Assembly: GCA_050230475.1 (NCBI GenBank)
Contig: JBFLGF010000147.1
Span: 1-64,000 of the forward strand
Direction of reading: 5' to 3'
Source of the DNA: Ancylonema sp.
Lineage: Eukaryota
DNA length: 64,000 nucleotides
Below, one piece after another: positions 38,624 to 51,470 of the stretch. Numbering within the stretch: position 1 is the first letter of the stretch; each line of letters opens with the position of its first letter. Under the pieces are notes generated by a model. That model was not told the origin of the DNA. It searched no databases and saw only the letters and a list, made by a program, of their open reading frames with translations. The translations under genes were made by a program, and so were the position numbers.

Positions 38624-40694
38624 TGGCACTTTGCGAGAGCTACTCACGTTTAAGAGCCCCTAACTCTCTACCTGCCAGGTTTCAGAGTCATATTTGTATG
38701 TTGTAATGCACACTTGCGGAATCTTGTACAGTGCCGAAATAGCAGATTTGCTAGAAGGGTGAGGGGGTTGGGCAGGATGGGAAGGGATAGGCGTTAGCGT
38801 TTTGAATTACTGAGCACTAGCAGCTGGGTATTGTACTTATTCTAGGCTCCTCTCAAGTGCCATTCATTGTTTAAATCTTCCACTTCTCCTCCATGCTTCC
38901 CGAGTTTTAAAGCCAAAAAGTCAGCTCAGATACCCCACACATATTGCTAGTCAAACAATTGTTTCAATGACATTGGACAACCCGGATACAATAGTGTTTT
39001 GCCTTGCTGATTTCTAATGACCTTTAGGTTGGTTCCGATTAAGAACCTTGGTGCATTTTGAGTTTAATTGGTGTGGTCCATGGGTAGATATGGTTATAAT
39101 TACAACTAAGGTTACAATCGGGGCTGTGATGTACCTTCCATTCTGAAGTACTACCTCTCATACAATTCTGAAAAGATTATGGGGTCGTATTTGCTATCAT
39201 AAGTGTCCATCTGGCAAGCAAGTAATAGGATCATGTGTGGGCCCCATGTTGTGCACCTCATCATGCAACCACTTGCCACAATCTGACTTCATGCATCTTG
39301 TTCGTTGGAAACAACAAGGCAATTGTATCTGTCCTTGTGTGACAAAAACCCGCTTGGCTGAAGTAGGTTGGGAAATTCAATTACCCATTGCAATGTGAGA
39401 GAATAGACTTGTATCGTTGAAGGCTCACGTGGGTGCAGTACAATCACGAGTGAACCCTAAGCTATCCAACCGACTCCTATCTCCAAGTAGGAGTATGACA
39501 TGGTCATAAATTATTTGTCAATGATGAGAGGTCACGCGACTCGTGCTCATGCTCTTTGAATCCCTTAACAAAAACGCTTTGAGTACCGAGCATTGACATG
39601 ACTGGTTGCTAACCCAAATTAGTTGATTGCAATTAAATTTTTCGACATGGTGGTGAAGCGGGACAAGGGCGCCATGCCAAAACCCTACATTTAGGGTGCT
39701 CGGGTATGGTCATGCACGAGCATGCTTTTTATACATGGATAAGTATTGTAGGCACAAGGGTTTCTTTTCTGCATGTGTCACCAAATCGGTAAAAGGCACT
39801 CCTCTAGTCTTGACGGATGATATTCGTGTTGAGGATTCCCATACCACTTGGAGTACTCCCTCTCTGTGCCCACGATACACGATAATTGGATTTATTTTGT
39901 TCAAGGCACTGAGTATGGAGGCAGTAGATCGGTGCCACTCATAGTAACCCTTGGCAACACAATAATTATCACTGGTCATGCTACTTGGCTAGTCAAATTA
40001 TCCTCAAGCCCATTATTATTTAATGTATTAAAACTGGATCTCCTTCGATCGATTTGCAACTATCGTGCATTGCGAGAACCTAGCTATTTTGTATGCGTAT
40101 ATGATTGCATGTCAACTCGATACGAAGACGGGTGCATACAGTAGCCTATGGTGGACGATAATCCTTTGACTTGTCGTCATGGGATAAGTAGAATATTCAA
40201 ATTAAAGTCCCAAAGCCAAACCAAGAATTACCGACTTGTACATCGCATTCTACAGGCACGACGTGGCTATATTCCTCTAACTTGTTGTTCAAATAAGAAT
40301 CGGAGATGCGATACATTTTAAGAATTCATGTACAATACCAACATCACGCACAAAGGAAAAAGGAAAATTGTGTTCCAAGCCGCTAGCATGTAAGCACATG
40401 TGAGAGGCTCGATTTTGTCACGAGTATGGGTAGCTTTTAGTTCTGACCTTCAAAGCAAAGCCTCCAGACTATTTGCCTAGTTCACAAAGGCCCATTCCCA
40501 TTCTGTGACTAAATCCAAACTACAACCTTAGAGATTTAGTTGCACATTCGCAATTTTTGCCTGAATCCACATCTGCATACAGATTCAAACGGTGTGATGG
40601 ACAAAGAGACCTACAAAATCGGAAAGTCGCCCTTTCCACACGAACACATATGTCACCCATCACACCAAAACCACTGTTACTCCTCACCTAAATC

Positions 40695-43467
40695 TCACTT
40701 TAAGATCTTGCTTGCTTTCTCAACTTTGCCCTTTTTGGTCCCCTTCTCCACAGTCATCGGCAACCCCACTACCTTCCCGCTCCGTGTGTGCAAAGGCGAA
40801 ATGAATTCCTCCTCCTCCTCCTCCTCCTCCTCCACAACCTTCCTCTTTCCTCTCCCCTTCACCCCAGCCACCCCATCCCCATTCGGCAAAAGCGACGCAA
40901 GTTTCTTGGGAGCTTTGATCGCACTCTGCGACCCGAGTTTCCCTCTCCCCTTCTTCAACTGCTTGGGTGGCACAGAAGCCGCCACCTGTCTCCTGAGCCC
41001 ACTTACCATCAACCCTTCCCCCTCTTCCTCTGCCTCCACTCCTCCCCCCCTCTCACTCTTTCTGCCCTTCCTGTCCACCATAGGCGTCTTCATTTCTGCC
41101 GCCACATCACCATCCAAGTCTTCTCCCACCCCCCCATCTCCTTCTCCCCCCCCCTTCCTCCTCTCTACCACCTCCTCCCCTCCCTCCTCCCCCACCTCCT
41201 CCTCTCTTTCCTCCCCAACTTCAGTGTGTTTCTCAGCCTCCCCATTCAGTACTGCAGGTCCTGCTCTCTCTCCCTCCCTCTCCCCTTCCCCAACAGAACC
41301 TCCTGCTTCCTCCCCATCAACCATCATCCCATCCCCACCTCCAATCTCCATTGCCTCTTCCTCCTCCTCCTCCCCCCCATCACCCCTCACTTCCTCAATT
41401 CCCCCCTCAGCTCGCAGCTTCAAACTCGCAGCGATTCCATCCATCCCTTGCCCTTCCCTCTCTTCTACCTCCAAATTACCCTCCCCCTCCCTTCCCCCCC
41501 CCTCCTCCTCCTCCTCCTCCTCCTCCTCCTCCTCCTCTCTGCCTCTCATTTCCTGCGCCAGCTTTGCAAACGCTGCTTTTCCACCCACCATGTCCGTGTC
41601 CACAAAAAACAGATCGTCTCCGTCTGTATTTGCCTCCACCGACGCCTTCGACTTCCCCCCTCCCTCTGCACTCCCCAAAGGAGGGTCGCTACTGGGAGGT
41701 CCTATCGGGCCACCTTCATCTGGCGCTTCAGATAACACCTCCACCACTACCTGCCAGTCCTCCTCTGCCAGCTCATTCACCCATCCTGAACCCCAACAAT
41801 GGGTATGAGTCAGAATGAGCGGCTCATTGATACAGTCAAGCATCTGAGTCCTGAACCCAAACCTGCACACACACCCTCGTTCTTGTGTGGGCTTCAGGCA
41901 GAGAACTAGAGTCGCCCAGGACAGTGACAAGGCATCTGTCAGTGTCAAGTGCTACTCCGTACAGCAAATTCAAGCCTGATTGACCAGCCACAGTTTCCAA
42001 CCCAAATGAATTGGTGTCTGTTTTCCACTGACCGACAAAGCGGGGGGGGTCTAGGATCGTGGCCTCGGAGGGGGAAATGAAAGAAGCCGATGAGTTTTTG
42101 CGCCTCCCCTTCCAGTCGCCCATGGTGGCTGCCAGCTGGATAGGCCGTTGCAATTTAGAAGCCACGTTCAACAGAAATTGGACGTGTGACCTTTCCCCCC
42201 TCGCTCTGCAGTACGATCATTTTCGAGGGCAGAAAGAGAGGCTTTAGTTTTGCCGAGCACGATGAAATGCTTTTCATTCTGCCACTTGGCCACCAAGCAA
42301 GAATTTGGGTCATAAAGAATGAGTACCCCTCGCACTCCTGAGACTATTCGCAATTCGAATTCCCATCGCTGAAAAATCCTGATAGCTGGATCTGGCACTG
42401 CAAATGCAGTCCCCCGCCATGTTCTCGAAACTAGTAGTAGTGTAGATAATAGTCTGAAGTAGTAGAAAGAGTAGGAGTGGTAGAAGGAGTGGGACTTTGT
42501 CGATATTGGCTTGTGGCAGCCGTGTCCCATGTTCTCTCTCAGCACAATGCTGACATCATGCTGACACCTCCCAACTCCACCGAATTCATGACTTTGGCCA
42601 CGAAAACACACCGGCCACGACCCAAGTCTTCCTTCCCCTCTACTGTCAGACCACCACTCCCCTACCCCTCCCTACAAGCACACCTCGACCACGGTATTGC
42701 ACCTAAATAGCCGAGCAGCTGTACGCAGGACCTGGAGCTGCGCGAGAAACGACGCCATACTGCAATGTCCTGATTCCGGAAGTTTCCTGGATGCTGCTGC
42801 TTGGTGTAGCAGCAGTGCCTCGGACAAGAGGCAGCCAATCATACTCTCCCCGTCGCTCCCCTGCATCCATTTAAAGCCAGAGCACAGATAGCGCTGTTAC
42901 TAAACCTGAACCTGGACCAGAACCTGGAACTGGACCTGTATATTGTTCATCATCGACTGTTGCATCTGATGGAAGTACAGTTGCAGCACCAGAGAGACCA
43001 CAGCCATGGACTGCGAGGTTCCTTACACCACTGTGCTCCTTGCGTGCGTATGTGTATGTGTATGTGATCACAATCAGATCATGTCAATCTCCCACCCCAC
43101 ATGTCGTGTGTTCTGGTACTCGGAAACACTTCATGGTCCCACAAAACAACTAAGATTCATGTTTCCTGCCTTTCTCCTGAAAGTTCTCCCGGAAGTTCTC
43201 CTAGAAGTTGGCACTAGGAGTTGATGTGTGTGCTGGCAGACACTTACCCAATTACTCGCCAGGACCAGCGGAACATCCTTGTTTCGCACCAGGCCCAGCA
43301 GGTGATCTGCATACCTCCAAGATACCTCCTGGTTAACCGTTCTGGACGGGTTTGCTTGCTTTCAACCTTCACCCTGTGAGACTCATGGTGGGAATGTTAC
43401 CCCACCCCATGGTACATAGCTGTCCCGAATACTTTAATGATTAAAATCATATGTATAAAATCATGCA

Positions 43468-43515
<48 letters not shown>

Positions 43516-44724
43516 TATTCATATTCATATTCATTGAATTTACTGTTCATAGATGAATTCAATTCCTTCATTGAACAGGTCCACCCGTCGGAATATCTCT
43601 CCTACTGTTGGTGTTAATCACGACAGCCTTCCCCCACAGCTGCAACCCTGAACCCTAAATAAAGGCCCGACAACCACCACATACTCTTCAGCCTATTCCC
43701 ACCAACCTGATGTAGAGATGGTGAGGGAGGCTACAGCCTGACACGTTTCCTGACGGATACGCAACATGTCTTCACTCCTCCAATCGATTTCCGCAATCTG
43801 AGCCGGATTCTTGAGTCCTTTTTGACACACATGGCTGAACAGCTCTGCTTCGACGAATAGCATGAAAGCCCGAACTGCCACCTGGCATGCTACTGTAGCC
43901 TCTGGCGAGAATGAGGGAGCAGCCTCTGGCAGCGCTCCACCTGGCAACCACACCACTCCGCCAGAGCCATCTAAGCTTTCCCTTAGGATAACCGTTTGCA
44001 TCACATCTGTTGCCAGGCGCCTCAGTCCCCTTCCAAGACCACGCACCCCCAAGCCCTTCATTCCTCCCATGTCCCTCCCTTCTTCATGCTCCCCTGAAAG
44101 CGTCCTCAGCACTGCGGAACAGGAGGAGCTCAAGGCATGGCATGCACAGCTGATTGCCGGAGCCAATGCGATAATCGCAGTGCTGCTCTCTCTGAGAATG
44201 GCAGAGTGACATTGGGAGGCATCTAACACCTCCCTGGCCGCCGAAAGAGCAGCAGAGGCCGCCCGGAGGTCCTCACTGTGGGTCACAGACGGTGCTTTCT
44301 TGTGGTCGCTGCTGAATAGAGACTCTGCCGGGAATGCATGGGGACACCCGGACAATTTCCATTCCAAGATGCCCAGGACATGAAAAAGTTCGAAGGGCAC
44401 GGAATGCCTCGCTAGAAGCAGACGTTGGAGCGCAGGATGCCACTTGGCAGCATCCGACTGCTCTGCAGCGCCATCATTGATGGCCGACACAGCTGCGGCA
44501 ACAGCTATCCGATGTCCTTCCGAAGTCAGAACTTCTCCCTCAGCAGCCAATTTGAAGCGGCTGCTTTCTGTCTTTAGCCCTGGACCTGCTTCTGCTGTTG
44601 AGTGTGGAACTACTGCGTTGCTTGGATCCAGACTTTTTACTCGATCCCACAATGCTGAGGCAAATCTGCGAGGATTACTGCTGAGAACTTCTTTTAGAGA
44701 CCCCTTCGGCAACTCATCGATAGC
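40695..44724 (-). CDS. 3' part of a multi-exon gene of unknown function (helical-looking region plus long Glu/Gly-rich tail), 5'-truncated
   Basis: Open ~1-kb exon 44724-43708 ending at a GT donor; small exons near 43345-43246 (VSWRYADHLLGLVRNKDVPLVLASNW) and ~42830-42709; long terminal ORF to stop at 40695. No family recognised. Confidence 0.6.
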
Positions 44725-47381
44725 ACTTTGCCCTTTTTGGTCCCCTTCTCCACAGTCATCGGCAACCCCACTACCTTCCCGCTCCGTGTGTGCAAAGGCG
44801 AAATGAATTCCTCCTCCTCCTCCTCCTCCTCCTCCACAACCTTCCTCTTTCCTCTCCCCTTCACCCCAGCCACCCCATCCCCATTCGGCAAAAGCGACGC
44901 AAGTTTCTTGGGAGCTTTGATCGCACTCTGCGACCCGAGTTTCCCTCTCCCCTTCTTCAACTGCTTGGGTGGCACAGAAGCCGCCACCTGTCTCCTGAGC
45001 CCACTTACCATCAACCCTTCCCCCTCTTCCTCTGCCTCCACTCCTCCCCCCCTCTCACTCTTTCTGCCCTTCCTGTCCACCATAGGCGTCTTCATTTCTG
45101 CCGCCACATCACCATCCAAGTCTTCTCCCACCCCCCCATCTCCTTCTCCCCCCCCCTTCCTCCTCTCTACCACCTCCTCCCCTCCCTCCTCCCCCACCTC
45201 CTCCTCTCTTTCCTCCCCAACTTCAGTGTGTTTCTCAGCCTCCCCATTCAGTACTGCAGGTCCTGCTCTCTCTCCCTCCCTCTCCCCTTCCCCAACAGAA
45301 CCTCCTGCTTCCTCCCCATCAACCATCATCCCATCCCCACCTCCAATCTCCATTGCCTCTTCCTCCTCCTCCTCCCCCCCATCACCCCTCACTTCCTCAA
45401 TTCCCCCCTCAGCTCGCAGCTTCAAACTCGCAGCGATTCCATCCATCCCTTGCCCTTCCCTCTCTTCTACCTCCAAATTACCCTCCCCCTCCCTTCCCCC
45501 CCCCTCCTCCTCCTCCTCCTCCTCCTCCTCCTCCTCCTCTCTGCCTCTCATTTCCTGCGCCAGCTTTGCAAACGCTGCTTTTCCACCCACCATGTCCGTG
45601 TCCACAAAAAACAGATCGTCTCCGTCTGTATTTGCCTCCACCGACGCCTTCGACTTCCCCCCTCCCTCTGCACTCCCCAAAGGAGGGTCGCTACTGGGAG
45701 GTCCTATCGGGCCACCTTCATCTGGCGCTTCAGATAACACCTCCACCACTACCTGCCAGTCCTCCTCTGCCAGCTCATTCACCCATCCTGAACCCCAACA
45801 ATGGGTATGAGTCAGAATGAGCGGCTCTTTGATACAGTCAAGCATCTGAGTCCTGAACCCAAACCTGCACACACACCCTCGTTCTTGTGTGGGCTTCAGG
45901 CAGAGAACTAGAGTCGCCCAGGACAGTGACAAGGCATCTGTCAGTGTCAAGTGCTACTCCGTACAGCAAATTCAAGCCTGATTGACCAGCCACAGTTTCC
46001 AACCCAAATGAATTGGTGTCTGTTTTCCACTGACCGACAAAGCGGGGGGGGTCTAGGATCGTGGCCTCGGAGGGGGAAATGAAAGAAGCCGATGAGTTTT
46101 TGCGCCTCCCCTTCCATTCGCCCATGGTGGCTGCCAGCTGGATAGGCCGTTGCAATTTAGAAGCCACGTTCAACAGAAATTGGACGTGTGTCCTTTCCCC
46201 CCTCGCTCTGCAGTACGATCATTTTCGAGGGCAGAAAGAGAGGCTTTAGTTTTGCCGAGCACGATGAAATGCTTTTCATTCTGCCACTTGGCCACCAAGC
46301 AAGAATTTGGGTCATAAAGAATGAGTACCCCTCGCACTCCTGAGACTATTCGCAATTCGAGATCCCATCGTTGAAAAATCCTGGTATCTGGATCTGGCAC
46401 CGCAAACGCAGCCCCACCCCATGGTCTCGAAGCTAGTGGTAGTGTACATAATAGTCTGAAGTAGTAGAAAGAGTGGGAGGGGGCTGAAGTAGTGGAGATA
46501 GGAGTGTGTCGAAATTGGCTTGTAGCAGCCATGTCCCATGTTCTCCCTCAGCACAATCTAGACATCATGCTGACATCATGCTGACACCTGCCAACTCCAC
46601 CGAATTCATGACTTTGGCCACAGACACACAGGCAACGACCCAAGTCTTGCTTCCCCTCTGCTGTCAGACCACCACTCCCCTACCCCTCCCTACAAGCACA
46701 CCTCGACCACGGTACTGCACCTGAATAGGCGAGTAGCCATGCGCAGGACCTGGAGCCGCGCGAGAAACGACGCCATGCTGCAATGTCCTGATTCCGGAAG
46801 GTTCCTGGATGCTGCTGCTTGGTGTAGCAGCAGTGCCTCGGACAACAGGCAGCCAATCACACTCTCCCCTTCCCTTCCCTGCATCCATGCAAGGCCAGAG
46901 CAGAGATAGCGCTGTAACTAAACCTGAACCTGAACCTGGACCAGAACCCGGATATGGATCTGGATCTGGATCTGGACCTGTATAGTGTTCATCATCGAAT
47001 GTTGCATCTGATGGAAGTCCACTTGCAGCACCAGAGAGACCACAGCCATGGACTGCAAGGTTCCTTACGTGTGTATGAATGAGTATGTGAACACAATCAG
47101 ATCATGTCCATCTCCCACCCCACATGTCGTGTGTTCTGGTACTCGGAAACACTTCATGGTCCCACAAAACAACTAAGATTCATGTTTCCTGCCTTTCTCC
47201 TGAAAGTTCTCCTGGAAGTTCTCCTGGAAGTTCTCCTAGAAGTTGGCACTTGGAGTTGATGTGTGTGCTGGCAGACACTTACCCAATTACTCGCCAGGAC
47301 CAGCGGAACATCCTTGTTTCGCACCAGGCCCAGCAGGTGATCTGCATACCTCCAAAATACCTCCCGGTTAACCTTTCTGGA
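44725..47381 (-). pseudogene. Partial duplicate of 40723-43346 (last exons of the same unknown gene), truncated before its stop
   Basis: Direct repeat at offset about 4.0 kb; its ORF runs KKGKV across the junction and ends LSMSCRRGL* out of frame with the adjacent exon. Confidence 0.8.
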
Positions 47382-47421
<40 letters not shown>

Positions 47422-48149
47422 GTATATGTATATGTATATATACATATTGTCACTCGCTTGTTAAAGGTGTTCAATACACTTCTGTTTTTGTAGGCAAGGT
47501 AGTGATGAAGAGGGGATATATGTGTGTGTCATATTTATTATCAGAGCCTCGTGATGTTTATGTGTAAGTCTTGCCAAAGCTGGGGTGTGACACCAGTCTC
47601 ACTCGTTTTCGGAATGTGAATAATTTGTAGACCGTATTCCTGTGATCGTCGCTCATTCAAAAAGAGCATCGTTTGGTATGGAAATGTTAGTATGATTACG
47701 CCATGTGGTGATTTGTCAAACTATTAAAATAAAATAAAAATCTTGATATAAATAGCGCGTCGAATTCTGTAATTTTGAGAGGCATTTCCCGAGCGACCTA
47801 GACAAGTTTACACCTAATTTGTAGCACATGGCACAAGTCGGGTGAGTTTGAAGTAAGCACCTATTTGCTAGATGCATCTGACAACCAATTAATGGCTGCA
47901 CAAGCTAACACCAGTAGTTTTAATACCAACATTGCATGAGTGCTAACGCATCTTCAAATCTTGGATTATTGATGCGTCACCATGCAATAGGTGCCAAACG
48001 AATCGAATTTATCCCGATACATAGTTTTTATGTTTTAAGACTAATCACTTCGCAATACGAATTAAGTGATTAATAGGAGGAAGGGAGAGGAAGGGAGAGG
48101 ATGTTTTTCGAAGTGAAAAAGAAGTGTGTACCAAATTTATCAACTCTTT

Positions 48150-48330
48150 ATATATCTATCCATCTATCTCTCCATCTATCTATCCATCCATCCATCCATC
48201 TATCCATCTATCTATTTATCTATCTATCTATCTGTCTTTCTGTCTATCTATCTATCTATCTCTCTATCTCTCTCTCTGTCCATCTATCTATCTATCGATC
48301 TATCTATCTATCAACATGCCTATCTAATTA
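48150..48330 (+). repeat. (CTAT/CCAT)n microsatellite
   Basis: Visible tetramer array. Confidence 0.9.
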
Positions 48331-48908
48331 TTTATCAGCTTGTCAAAGTTGTGGCAACCCAAAGACAACCGCTTTACACGCGTTCGCCCGAGATGGTGAC
48401 TTGTAGATTGGCTTGCGCCAATATTGATCCGATGATGTTGCATCTTTGTTAAGGCTCTTAGAATACGGTCAGACCGGATGGAATATGAATACCACGAGTA
48501 TGTGAGCTTGCATATGAGTTGAGGACGTCAAGAGACGGCTCAGGCCACTAAATGAATACAAGCCATTCATTTGTCAACTTCCGATCTTTGCATAGCCAAT
48601 TGTGAAGTACATTTTTTGATATTTCTTACTAAATAAATTGACAATTTTTTTAAAGGGTTTTTTTAAAGAATTCTTGTGGGATTTTTCGGGTATCATGGGG
48701 TTTTGGGATGGACTTTTTTTGGCATCACAAAAAAAAAAAAAAAAACTTACAAATCAATAAAGAAAATATTATTTACGCACTTCGATCCAACTCCTTGCCA
48801 GTTCTCCCGTTCGGAGATAGTTCGGACTTCACCGGGCTTGGTTCCTCTCTACTACGGTCTTGATTTTAGACGACCATGTAGTCTTTCCTTGTTGTGGATT
48901 TCTAACGC

Positions 48909-50118
48909 TGTCGTACCATATGGCGCCGTGCTCATGTCTCACGTGCGACTGATTGCACATAACGAATCTTGCCGATATATACATTTCACACGTGCGAATT
49001 GCGACATTTCATTACACATAAATGTATCCTTATGAAGCATGACCAAGTCGAGGTTGGATACACATTCACATTTGATTCTCATAAGTCATTGTAATCCATC
49101 ACAAGTATCGACTAAATGGCAAAATGCTTTTTCTAGTTTTCCTAAAGTAAGGGATGCCCTTGGACTGTATGTGAAGTGTACGATTCTGAATAATGCTGAG
49201 TGTATGAATTGATCTCAATGGTCGAAAATACAATACTCGATTACAAAGGTTTGACAAATAGGTTAAATCCCAGCCGAGCTTACAAAACACAATATTTTGG
49301 CAAGGTATTTTTGCAGCGGTTCCCGGGGAGCACTGAGACCAAATTAGGTCTGAGTGCTACTGTTACAATCTTTTATACTGATCTGCTCCTATCAGATTAG
49401 TATCTTCTTGCGGCGCATCTAATGGCTGCCGGCCACACCGGCATTACCACTAATGCATTACTAGCCAAGTATTTCCTATTGCTACGTCATACATGTCACT
49501 AGAAGAGCTACATGCAATGCATACCCGAAGTAGAGCATATTCTAACACATAGTAGCATTGCTGGCTTCCGCCATTGATCGCTCATAGTACATAGAAGGAC
49601 AAGAGGGATCTATCACATATTTGTCTCTATCGGAATATGTCCTCACAACACCGCATCTTCCTACGTGTGTGTCTATGTTATAGTGTAGTGGGTGCAACAA
49701 GTGATTTGTTCCCTTGTCGGCTCAGTGACGTGCTGCCTGTATGCCTTGTGTCAGAGTCTAGCGAATATGGTGCCGCAATTGGCGGCGAAATCATATCGTT
49801 CAGCTAACTAAGGCCTTCGGTCGTTAATTGAAAACTTAAGGACCAGTGATACGTTTTGACAAGACACGTGTAAAATGAAATAACTTCGTTCACTACCCAC
49901 TCATGTGCCAAACCTGGCTAAATGACCGTAAATGCCGGAACGCTTTAATTCTATCGTGTACGCACATTTCGATGTTATAGGCGCATTTCACCGTATAAGC
50001 ACCTTTCACCATATAAGCATAATAAACCGAATTAAGCGCATTTCACTTAATTAGGCATATTTTTTGGTATAAGCCACGACTCTCACCATATAAGCACACG
50101 AGTGTTTATTGTCCGACA
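48909..50118 (+). mobile_element. Solo-LTR-like element, copy 4 (TGTCGTACC...TGTCCGACA), TSD ACGC
   Basis: ACGC at 48905-48908 and 50119-50122; shared internal blocks; expanded subterminal ttcacc(a/g)tataagca repeats. Confidence 0.83.
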
Positions 50119-50604
50119 ACGCTATGTCTTCATCGTTATATGACGAGATTTCTTTTCTTTTGTTCAATCCGGATTCCTTCAATGAATGATTGCTCTTGAG
50201 GCTGCTTTCCTCGTGCCAACCTAGTTCTCTCTTTCATTCGAAACGACGCAGAACTACACCAAAACCGACAGACTTGAAGAGATGAAGACACGTTAAAGAA
50301 TAGCGAAAGACTGATTTCCACCTGATTAGAACGAAAAATTATCCGATGCGTGAAACCGACGTTAGGAAACAAAAGAAGAATTAAAAGAAAGTAATGTAAT
50401 GTCGAAATTGTTGTTGTGGACCCTACTCTCGCGATATGGCGGAGTGCGCTGCTATACATGTTTTATCTTCTTAGTATCCTATCGGTCTACTTTACATAAT
50501 AACTAGTCTCTCCGGTGACATTTTTCATTTGAGGTTCACGATGTATTTCAACTACACGCAATTTTACTAATTACTAACAGACCAAGCGCAAGAGATGCTA
50601 TTTG

Positions 50605-51470
50605 AGAAATTGCATATTATTGAAAAACGACGGGAACCCCATCTCATTACAAGAACGTGCCTGTATAGAAACTATATATCCTAAACACGGCAAAAATGGG
50701 AGCCGATCGTTCTAGCCAAAACTCGCAACAATATGCAACTCCGAAGAAGAAAGTGGAACGCGCGGTGGTGGGGGGGGTAACAAGGCCATGGATTGCTTTA
50801 GACGTAGGGTTCTAGCATGTATCGCATGTTCTAACGACCGCTGCAATGCGATCGACACTCTCTGACGGAACCATGTGCACAACAAGCTAATGGACGGCCC
50901 TGATCCTGCACACTCCCTAGAAGCTAACGTGGCACACTCAACCAAAAAATCGATCCGACCTATTAGACAATGCACCGTACGTCTCAAGAGCAAAGGGCAC
51001 AAATTTCGTCTCAGCTGCGCGATCCCGATAGTGGGTTTCCTTCCTTCGCTCCGCATCTGTGGCAGCGACGAGATCATGTCTAGCGGCACGCTCCACCAAA
51101 TCACGACGGGTAGGGTCTGCAACAACATTGTCGATCAAAGTGTGTCCCACCGCAGCATCCGAAATCACAATATCGACAAGCCTCCCGCACCTCCCCGGAG
51201 CCGATGAAGGAAGGAAGCCAATGCGCTCCCGATGCGCGTGCTGGCGCGACTCACGAATGATGTGGTAAACCACATCGCGCACAAAATCATGCGATGAAGT
51301 ACGCTTTCCTCCGCAAGCGCAGCGCAGAAGGTGGGTCTCCAGAGGATCCAACGGGTGGCCACATGAACACGCCGCATACGTCGCCAGACAGGGAGTGGAA
51401 GGCCAAACCGAAGACGGAGAGCTGTCACGAAGAGAGGGGCGGGAAATCGAAGGGGAGGAAGGATAGGGCT
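50605..51470 (-). mobile_element. 5'-truncated CRE/R2-like non-LTR retrotransposon (zinc knuckle + restriction-like endonuclease + 3' UTR)
   Basis: CSCGHPLDPLETHLLRC..GKRTSSHDFVRD, LVDIVI...LIDNVVADPT, KETHY, FVPFALETYGAL; frameshifts present. Confidence 0.82.

Larger units (their letters stand above)
29399..38809 (+). repeat. Segmental tandem duplication, unit B
   Basis: Direct repeat of 19705-29013, offset about 9.8 kb. Confidence 0.97.

Noticed and set aside
40540..41818. Long plus-strand Ser/Pro- and Leu-rich ORFs (also 44728-45820)
   Set aside because: Antisense shadows of the purine-rich Glu/Gly exon on the minus strand.
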